A DNA stretch of 60,569 nt, counting the filler, from Sphacelaria rigidula (Eukaryota), in NCBI GenBank assembly GCA_964200075.2. It is 4 parts of 4 records of this genome, joined end to end, with 100 filler letters (N's around TTAATTAATTAA, not from the genome) between each part and the next. Parts side by side here need not be neighbours in the genome. Positions count along the whole stretch, not along the records: positions 30,337 to 45,403 come from CAXNAA020001922.1; positions 45,504 to 60,569 come from CAXNAA020001923.1; 2 more parts are not named here. One strand, given 5' to 3'. The notes beneath the pieces are model-generated. The model saw nothing but the letters and a program-made list of their open reading frames with translations, ran no database searches and was not told the DNA's origin. The position numbers were made by a program, and so were the translations under genes. Numbering within the stretch: position 1 is the stretch's first letter; each line of letters opens with the position of its first letter. This document shows positions 38,101-60,569 of this stretch, one piece after another.

Positions 38101-41100
38101 TGGAGTTATCTCCGTCGGCATAACCCTCATACTGTTGTGCTGGATTAGCATGGGGATGTGTGTCGATTGAAGAACACTCACGAGGGCGTGATATCCCCCG
38201 TGATGATACGGTGCGCGTTGGTCCGTAGAAGAATACCTGTGGGTCGAACGTCTGAAATCTTGACCTCCTTGTCGTCGATCGACATTCCTTCACTCGTCAC
38301 ACCGTGAGTGAGTATTCTTACGCCTAGCACAGTAGTCATGACATGCATGTGGACCGCAAGACCAATTCCGCTGGGAGGTGTAGGGAGATTGTTGTGGCGA
38401 TCCGCGGTACCGACGCGGTGGTGCGGACATAGGGAAGAACTGCTACCTCTCCCTCCGTCATATCCCCATACCTTGGTTGATGATGCTTGCGGACGGAGTT
38501 GTTGCGCTCGCGACCCCTATCTCGAGAGTGAAGCCACGGTAGGGGTGCACTTTTTGAGCCAAAACTTGTCTCAACCCTTCTAGGACCGGACTCCCAGAAA
38601 CATGGGGTTTGCTGGCAGACGACATGTTTTGATTCGGCATCATCTTTGCTTGAAAAGGAATGAAAATGATGCCGAATCACAAAAAGGCCCCAGCGTGCAA
38701 ACACCATGTTTCTGGGAGTCCGATCCCCAAATCTTTAAGGCTGCACAGTAAGCCCCAGATATTTGTCATCGATAGGCTTCTATAACAAAGAGCCCCAAAA
38801 ATAATAGGTGCACTCCTACCGTGGCATTGGTCTCAACCATGACAATATCTGCGAGATGAGTCTTCGTTACGGTTGTTTTGTTAATTGCACGGATTATTAC
38901 ACCCCCTACAGTCGGAGCAACAATCGCAGTGCTGGTGGTAGGAGTTGGGGGATTAATGAGGGAATGGTGGTCTCGATGGCGGGATTTGGGGGAGTTCTGG
39001 TGAGGCTGGCGATCTCGATGGCTGTTGTTGTAGTGGTAATTGTCGGGGTGGGTCGCCTATAGACCCCTCCTGGACTAAGAACAAGGTCACAAGACGGCTC
39101 CAAGTGCATCGCTCCCACCCCCTTTCCTGCGCGCTGCCATTCTTCCTTAGCTACACGCAATGCCTCCAGCCAACGTAGCCGTCCCTCTGTCCATCGATCT
39201 GCAACGAGCTGCCTCGCCTTACAGACTGCACACCTGTCTGTGTATGATAGAAGAAAAGTTTTGCAGAGACTGTCCGCAGCTGAAAAACAACTTTGGCAGA
39301 AACCAGCGGGTTCCCTGAATAAACGTTTATTATAGACCCCTCCTGGACTCAGAACAAGGTCACACGACTGCTCCAAGGGCTTCCTCCCTCACTAGGGCTT
39401 GGAGACTTCAAGACAGTTGTTATCCACAAACACACAGTCTCCGTTATCGGAAGTTACCTTGCACCTCCTTGAACACATATGCTGTCAAGCAGTTATGGTC
39501 ATACTCCAGAGAATATCTCATGACCTAATATCATGATGTAAAGTTAACATCCAAACCTCCATGGATCAACCTGCAGCTCCTCATGCATCTGTACGTGTAC
39601 TCGAGGTGGACTACTCGACACGCCCTCGGTCCTCCGCCCCCCCCCCCCCTCCTCCCCCCGCTTGCCCACGTCAGCACGCGCGGCCGGCCCCTTCGGCCCC
39701 ACCCCCCCCCCCTCTTGCTTGGTCCGGCGTTCGGGCGGGGGATCCCCGCCCCCCCCTTTGCCCCCCCCCCCCCCCCCATTGTTCCGGCGGTCTACCGATG
39801 AGATATTATTGGAAACGCCGGACGCTACAGCAGCTAGAGCATGACTTAACGACAATCCTACCCCATTTTTTTGACAACTCCGACTCTGCATGCGCAGTCT
39901 TGATGGTGCGCTCAAAAATCTCTGTATCAATCTCTGGCATTGCGAGGAGCATGACTCGCTGAATCTCATAGTCGGACGAAAGTCGACGCGCGTAGTGACG
40001 GTTTGCATCCGAACCTGACAAAATAAAATAAAAATCCTTCTTTTGTGCCTGATTAGGTAAGCTCTGCCGAGGAAAACTGAAGGCGACTAACCCAGGTCCA
40101 TCTCAAGTGTTTTCCATTCCAGCTGCTGGCGGCTCTTGAGTGCCGAGGGAGGCACATTGTTGTTTTGAGCCAAATAGTCCCACGCTTCGCTCAGGCTCCC
40201 ATACACCGCTATATGATCCACTATGTGTGGTACAGTAATTTGTCGATTATCATGTCCCATGCTCTCTGAGCCATATCAACTGCAACACTACCAAACTGCC
40301 TTCGTAGTGCCGACTCAGGCTCGATCAAAACTCTTGATAAGTCACTCCGTAAACAGGGCATAGAAACATATCTCTCAGCAAAAGTAAGCTGCCATCTGAA
40401 CTTGAGAAACACCGAACTTGGCCTCCAGGGTCTCGCCTGCCTTTTTAGGGCCGTCCTAAGGGGGACACTGTTGTGATTACGTACTTTTACGATACTTTCT
40501 TGTGGTCTCTGCTCCTCCATGTACTTATCTTGCCTAGACGGTGGGAAAACCCCAGGCTTACCATTGATCTCTGTTTCCCGTGCTTGTGCTTTCAGGGCAG
40601 CCCTGCGGACCAGTACTCTCATTATGCACGTCTCTCTTTCATAGCCCGCAATTGCGTCGCGCTTCGCTGCTTCGATCAACTTTCTCTGATTAGCTTCCAT
40701 AAGCCGTAGCTTCTTGGTTAACTTCTCTTCGTTGCTTCCTTCCTTTTGCGTAGCCATTGCTCAAACACCCCTCTGTGTATCGTACTGCCTGTACTCCGTT
40801 CTCAACGATAGGTCTCCCGCTTCTCGCATGTATGCAAAGCTCTCTTGATCGCTAGCGTATTCGATAGCTCCGTGCACACGGGATTTCCCGACAGAGGGGG
40901 AAGTGTATAACTTTCTCGTATTAACCACTCTTGTACTCTTGGCTCACCAATCACAAACACACCAAAGAATGCATGCTACTCCCGAGCTGCTGAGGCAAAA
41001 ATACACTCCAATATGGAACACGCAAGTAAGTGACGCGGTGAGGATGTCTCGTGACATATGCGGTACATATGTCATGCTACAACCCCACATTCGTGATTGC

Positions 41101-43208
41101 TCCTTTTCCGTACTTTATCTCAAGTCCATTCCGCATTTAATGTTCCCGAGAGTGTATGCGAACTAGCACGAGTACACATGAACAAGGATCCAGTCCGGGC
41201 ATATTCGAATACCGACAACTCCACGACGGTCGGCACTGACACATCATTTCGGTGACACACCTTGCGTGTAGCGTGTCATGCGGGGTGATCGGTATGGGTA
41301 CATGACGCGGAATATGGGGATATATAGTGAAACCGTTTTGAGAATATTCACCGCGATACCCTCAGAGATCCACAATGAAGAAACCATACTTTCCTGGATA
41401 ACCGATGACGAAACAAATCAATTTTCGGAACGGGCTGTCGTGCGTTGTTGCCTTCAAACTTGCAAAAAATAGAAAGACCGCGTGTGCGTATGTGTATGAA
41501 GCATACAGGCTTCACCACCGGAGCCAAACCACCGTGCCTTCATCGCACCCCCGTCCCCCACGAGACTTGGTGATGATGTGGATCATGACCTCTCGTACGC
41601 ACCGAACTAGGATACCCCTTATAACACAGGATTTCACCAGATGAGGATGGATTTATTTCAAGGATGAACCTTGGGAACCTTCATAAGCATCGAAATAGTC
41701 TCGAAAACAAAATGCAAATGAACCATCCGGCCATGATGTGTGTCCTCGCTGATCCTAAAACAAAAAGAACCTCCGCAACTTATAAAAAACTCCGTGTTGG
41801 AAGGGGATTCTGACAAACATGAACGGTTTTTCGTTCGTACGGGAATGAATGGAGGTCGAATTCGTTCGGTATGAACACGGGATTTGACAAATTGTGGATA
41901 GATCCTTTTGAGAATAAGCGAGACCATACATCACGGCCTGAGAGTGCATCAATGTTTTTATTTCTAGAATATTCCTATGCTTGAGAAGATTCCCGAGGTT
42001 GACTCTCAATGCCAAATTTATTCTCAACACTTCAAATCCTGTGTTTTATCCTGTAACAGAGGTGCAGGGGGAGCATGATAGCACATATCATCATCTTAGC
42101 TACTTGGTTTTAATAGGGGACAACGACGGAGCTTGCAAAATTCGTGTGCTGTGTCGGAGACTTGTTGAGTTACCGAGGAGTGCTTCAGCGTCGCGTGCTG
42201 GTGCGAGTAGCCAACTGCAGTTAGGGTCCACTGAACCATGTCTTGGGCTTGTCAAACACGAGTACAATGGAATCTTTGGTATTTTCGGCAGTCGATACCG
42301 TAGGTAACCTGGATCACTCAGTACCGCAGACACTCTGGAAATCCAGGGCGTGCAATTTACTGCTCTACCGTAACCACCTTCGAGATACGTTGGGGTACAG
42401 TGATAACCTCTGGATTCGTGGTGCATCAATCAAATACGCGACAAGCAATGAGTCATCCTACGATAGGGGGGGGGGTATTGTGGGCCATTTCTCGCACGAA
42501 ATTCCAGGTCAAATCGTCGTTGAAAGCAGCAACGGTTGCTCGAATAAGCTTGTTATAGATACGTGATGCTCATTCATGCCGATTGACATCGTTCCGAACC
42601 AAACACAAGCGCACCACGAGTGTGGCAGATCGTCTGACATACTTATAAGCCTATTTTTTCGTGCAACCAAATACCCCCCCCCCTATCGTAGGATGTCTCC
42701 AATCAAATAACAGCGCACAAATTATTGTTGAGAAGTTGCCCACTTGGCTGCAGTTCAGCTCAGGTTACCACGTGTGTATCCAACGTAGACATGTCGACCG
42801 ATATCCGATTGACTACAGCAGGTGGTAGACATCTCCGCCGCAACACTGTAGTACGGGGACACACTTGAATGTAAGATATCAAAAGGCCGAAACGAGGGAG
42901 TGAGCAGAAATTGGCGAAAAGTCTCGACGACTCGCGAAATATACCGTCTTCAATTTCTTGGCTTCCGCACGGTTGTGCCTCAGGTGTGGAGGCAGCTGGC
43001 GCAGGGATTGGAACGGTACAACGCCGTGCTTTCAGAGCGCACACGACGAATAGGTAAAGTCAAATCTCTGCAGGAGCAAAACAGCAAGCTCAAGGATCTC
43101 CTGCGTACGTACCTGGGGTCGGCAGTGAATGAGGACCTGATTATTCCGCCCACGAGGACAATCCAGATCAACGCCAGCGACGGCGGTGGAAATCAAGAGG
43201 TGTACTGA
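32146..43208 (+). CDS. DRC1: Dynein regulatory complex subunit 1 (CCDC164), last two exons only
   Basis: Exon 32146-32301 (...RQRERDYWNTLGGVISDENWQ) joins exon 42984-43208 (VWRQLAQGLERYNAVLSERTRRIGKVKSLQEQNSKLKDLLRTYLGSAVNEDLIIPPT...*). This gives the DRC1 C-terminal pattern YW..L..VI.....VW..L...L.RY...L..R...QN..L..LL..YL.S.VN..L.IPPT. Upstream exons were not found; they may lie beyond the scaffold gap at 30237-30336. Confidence 0.85.
33560..33905 (-). repeat. Diverged direct repeat (candidate LTR), copy 1
   Basis: Collinear with 40858-41200, for example TGTATGCGAACTAGCAC.AGTACACATGAACAAGGATCCAG and GTCATGCTACAACCCC. Confidence 0.65.
35300..36350 (-). repeat. In-frame GC-rich tandem repeats (DFIATVAD / LPTSSLPSPT units)
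   Basis: Anchor GATGAAG-like motifs at 35696, 35795, 35894, 35954, 36026, 36098 and 36170 give periods of 99, 99, 60, 72, 72 and 72 bp. Confidence 0.85.
36620..37280 (-). repeat. About 156-bp tandem repeat, about 4 copies (SVELRPSPDTPTSSSG.DFS unit)
   Basis: AAGCTC(T/A)ACAGAT at 36781, 36937, 37092 and 37247. Confidence 0.85.
37440..37730 (-). mobile_element. Ty1/Copia aspartic protease relic
   Basis: GWIADTGASRHITG ... VQLTDVYSVEGVKLNVF is the typical Copia protease pattern; stop codons are present. Confidence 0.8.
38906..40757 (-). mobile_element. Degenerate Copia-like gag region
   Basis: Broken ORFs (40221-40757, 39806-40021, 38906-39376) with AQRAWDMIID, SEAWDYL and RHYARRLSSDYEIQRVML...IFERTIK resemble UBN2-type gag. 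A 47-bp direct repeat sits at 39058 and 39331. Confidence 0.5.
40858..41200 (-). repeat. Diverged direct repeat (candidate LTR), copy 2, just upstream of a gag-like ORF
   Basis: Collinear with 33560-33905. The minus-strand TGTCGG at about 41217 could be an LTR start. Confidence 0.65.
41570..42095. repeat. Large degenerate inverted repeat
   Basis: AACCTTGGGAACCTTCATAAGCATCGAAATA (41667) matches the reverse complement of about 41970-42000 (AACCTCGGGAATCTTCTCAAGCATAGGAATA). AACACAGGATTT is also mirrored. Confidence 0.6.
42450..42699. mobile_element. 250-bp MITE with GAG...CTC termini and 4-bp TSD (Sola-like)
   Basis: CAAT-GAGTCATCCTACGATAGGGGGGGGGGTATT ... AATACCCCCCCCCCTATCGTAGGATGTCTC-CAAT. 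Confidence 0.8.
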
Positions 43209-45403
43209 CAAAAGCGGAGAGCTATATACTTTGTCTGTCATATCAGGTGGTTGCGGGTGTGTACGCGTTCGATAATTCCGGGGGGGGGTACGTGCTATTA
43301 CCCGTACAAGTGTGACCGACTCATGAGTACCATGATGGTTGTACCGACCTATCAGATACATTGGGTCATTTCTGAGGAGTAAGGGTATCTGACACGCGGG
43401 GACTTCAGAAAGGAAAATACTTTTTTTTCCTCAGAGTCGATGCGGTGCGGGAGTGTCGGTCATGGTCCAATTTGCGATACCGAGGTATAGGGCATGTACC
43501 AGGGGAGAGTTGGGTCGGACCCTTAACTGAGACCACGGACTCCTTCCGAGGAAGGGGAAGGGAAAGATTACAAGTGTGCTAAGGGAAAAAACCCTATATT
43601 CTCCGGTCGTTTCGCTCGGTCTTTCCGTGATGAAAGATTTTGAATTGGATCAGCTTGATCTCAGCATGCATACCCCCGGTGATGGATCAGGGCGGGAGCT
43701 AGCTTGCCGATGCAGGATCGCTGGCGTTGGCTTTTGAAGAAGATTGCCATTGGTTTTGTCTCTGCGTTTTGTGAGTGAGGACACGAAGAAGCTTGACGAT
43801 GTAGAACTGCTGATTGCTGTTGGCTTCTAAGATATTCACCCTGGTCTCTTATGTTATTTCCTTTTACTTCGTCATTAGCCATGCCTGGTGTAGTCCACCT
43901 CGGGTATTCAAAACGTGTACGATGAGGGGATATTTTACCCCACGTGGCTGTGATGCGCATACTTGGCATGGTCTATCGTGAAGGGCGTTCGCCGCCGAAT
44001 CTGTGATATGCAGTGGGGGTCTCACCATCGTGCGGCCCCGTAGAGCGCAATGCCCCGCAATAGCGTGACCAAACGCTCGTCACAGCTCCGATTCACCACT
44101 CGTATACCCTTCAGGTTTTCCCCTGCAAGACATTTAGCCCTTCTCCTTCTTCTGGATGAGTCTCCATTTTCAAGGGGTCTATCCGTATTTCTCCCCGTAC
44201 TGTACCTATACCCAAGAGTTTGACCGTTGGGATTGGATCAGCACTCCCGCAACCCGTCTATCCTCGTCGAATTCTCTTTGGTACTCGAGTTTTCACGCTT
44301 TCGACGATAGAAACAAGATTTCGCTCATGAAGACGGTAAAATAGTATCGGTCGGAATTCGAACCCCCAACTTTACACCCTTATCCTGCCGGCAATCTTCG
44401 CTAGCTGGAGGATTTGGCTGTAGGTCGTTTTTTTTGGCGAATGTTGCGTGTCCGTACGTCTCGGGGGTAGTCGTCGCATTCGCCGGCTGCCGGGCGTCGC
44501 TGCCGACAATCTTTGCCAGTTACCAGTCAGACCGCCGAGGCGCAGCGGCAACAACTGCAGCCGCATCTGTCTTGAAGCTCACATGCTTAGCTTACACCTA
44601 CAATTTTGTCTCAATCACAGCAGCTAGTTGGTTTTCGGACTGCGCAACAAGGGCAGGTTCACGCTACAGTAGGGGTTACACATCTAGACCCGGATCTTTC
44701 TCATTCAGTGGCTCCTAAAATTAAGAGTTACACACAAGAAGATGGGTCAGGAAATGCCCATTTTGAGCATGCATTCGGGATATCCTTCCTAGCCCATTGT
44801 AATGGTAGTTGTGGCGTGCTAGGGAACATTTCATACGTCGTTTTTGGATAAGAGAAAAATTTCCCGACAATTCGAACGTCAGAAAATATTTGTTCACACC
44901 AGCCGTAGAACCACTTGGCAGTGCTTATCGGAGAAGGGCCCTAGCTAGCACAACAAAGCGAACAGCTCGCGAGGAATCAATCGAGGCTGGAAGTGATCGA
45001 GAGAACGGTCCGCTTTGTACACGGATTGGGATGAACACGAGAAGTTGGGCTAACACGGAAACTTCCGTGCCTCTATCGGTTCCCATCGGTTATTGATGTT
45101 GTCCTTGGTCGGTGGTCTAGCGGAGTGCCCTGGTGTCTGTTTGTGCCTGCTCTACGGCCCTATTCTTTGGGTTTCATCACTCTTGTAGTCTCCTTTTCTG
45201 CTCTCTCTTCCTTTCCCTATCTCTCTCCCCATGTAAGCAGCAGTTTGGTACCTCTCTTCCGTAGGGTTCATGGATGAGAGCTCAATACCCAAACTAGTGC
45301 GGTTGGAATAATAGATGGATCGCGCGCTGTTCCTGTTGGAAATATTGGTGGCTCGTGGCGTTTGGTACTGTTCTCGAAACAGACCGACTACTGTCGCGGA
45401 GAC

Positions 45404-45503
45404 NNNNNNNNNNNNNNNNNNNNNNNNNNNNNNNNNNNNNNNNNNNNTTAATTAATTAANNNNNNNNNNNNNNNNNNNNNNNNNNNNNNNNNNNNNNNNN
45501 NNN
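45404..45503. other. Artificial scaffold spacer N44-TTAATTAATTAA-N44
   Basis: Same 100-bp structure as 15069-15168. Confidence 0.97.
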
Positions 45504-46587
45504 GGTCTATCGTAGAAAGTGTCAATTCAGCGCCTACTGCAACAGATAATATGTATCGACAGACAACTTGGCCCCTTCAATATCACGGCAATGATACATT
45601 CTGTCCCCTCTCCCGAATCTTTTGTCGCCAACAATAGCTATCGATAGACACTAATGCCGGTTGATTATGACTGACAATGAAAAGTTGACAGTCAACTTTT
45701 CGGGGCTATTGCAGCGCCAATGCTCCATTACATAGTCTACTACCCAGGGTGTAAGCACATCTCACCCACACACGAAGGCACTGTAGGCGCTCATGTCCAT
45801 GAGAGGGACAACCATAAGTACCAACGACACACCAGCAGCAAAACTTCCTAACTTTTGTCCACAACTATTGCGGATTCCTACAAAGTACAAGGGTTCGAAA
45901 ATTGTAGAGACGTAACGTAATGCATCCACAAGTGGTATCATCATATATTTACTGCATGTTCACCTGCGGCTTCTCTACCGTACTTCAACGGAGTATAATA
46001 TGCTTTATACGTGGTATGTTGCGATTTAGTTATGGCAATAGACGGCAGAGAAAATCTATCGGTAGGCATCGTATATTGTATACCACAGTAGATTCTGGGA
46101 TGTATCTATCGATATTCATTGCCGCCATGCATAGGTTGTGTGCGCAATCCATCAAAAGCGATTGCCGTCCTCAATATGTCAATAGCCGTCGCAATTTGGC
46201 ACGCGGTCTATCGATGGCCATTGCCGTCATCAATAGATTTGGTGTACAATCTGTCAATAGCCGTCGTCGTCATCAATAGATTTGGCACGCGGTCTATCGA
46301 TAGCCATCGCCGTCATCGACAGATTTAGGAACTATTTATCGATACATTTGGTCGGCCGCAATAGATTTCGGTGCAGGGCCACAACAGGCTTCTGCCCGGA
46401 CAAAAGTGTGGGAAACTTTTCTATCGTTAGACACTACCGACGGCAATAGAAAGATAAACTTGTCATTTGATGGCCATTACGGATGGCCATATTGGCATCT
46501 ACTGCAGCAGATTTAATTGTTATTGCAATAGATGCCGTCTATTGTCCACGGTGTGTTCAGCTACCGACACGGTCTGCACGCTTCTAC

Positions 46588-60259
<13,672 letters not shown>

Positions 60260-60569
60260 CTTCGGGGTGCGTCAGACATACAGGGCGGGCGGAGGAGGGC
60301 GTAGAAACCGAAAATCCACAGTCGCATGGTGGAACGGGCGGCACAAACAATGAACATTGGCATTGAGGGCACGACAGCCCACTCACACTTTCTCATAGCG
60401 TTCCCTCTCTGCCTCTCTATTTCTCTCTCTGCCTCCCTGTTCCCCTGCCTCTATCGCTGTCTCCGTATCTCTCTCTCATTCTTCTCCTCCCCCCCCCCCC
60501 CCTCCCCCGGCCCCACCGGGACGCCCGGCACCCGGCAACAAGAACAAGCCAGAAAACAAACGAGAACCC

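Noticed and set aside
45762..45890. Possible further exon of the Zn2C6 gene (GIRNSCGQKLG...AFVCG)
   Set aside because: The open frame is out of phase with exon 46588-46698 and shows no family motif I recognise.

Overview
Eukaryotic, intron-rich and repeat-rich genomic DNA, most consistent with a brown alga (Phaeophyceae, stramenopile); this is inferred from intron style, a flagellar DRC1 gene and a Zn2Cys6 factor family I recall from Ectocarpus. It is not prokaryotic, and almost all of the six-frame ORF track is noise. The window is at least four contigs joined by artificial 100-bp N44-TTAATTAATTAA-N44 spacers. I reconstructed five spliced genes by hand, with phase-consistent exons: (1) Elongin C (+, about 1750-5036); (2) an uncharacterised coiled-coil plus LSD1-type zinc-finger protein (-, 8079-12199); (3) a complete 7-exon Sulfotransfer_4-type sulfotransferase with a hydrophobic C-terminal tail (-, 18780-25077); (4) the last two exons of DRC1/CCDC164, separated by a 10.7-kb GC-AG intron filled with Copia-derived DNA (+, 32146-43208); (5) seven exons of a Zn2Cys6-type transcription factor (-, 46588-60259). 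The rest is decayed LINEs (two families), tRNA-derived SINEs, Copia gag/protease relics, a hAT relic, many MITEs and foldbacks, and microsatellites. I found no convincing new multi-gene system. The best leads are a LINE family ending in poly(C) whose tail sits as the polypyrimidine tract of a host exon, a Copia derivative with in-frame tandem repeats where pol should be, and the GC-AG DRC1 intron with a duplicated exon start.
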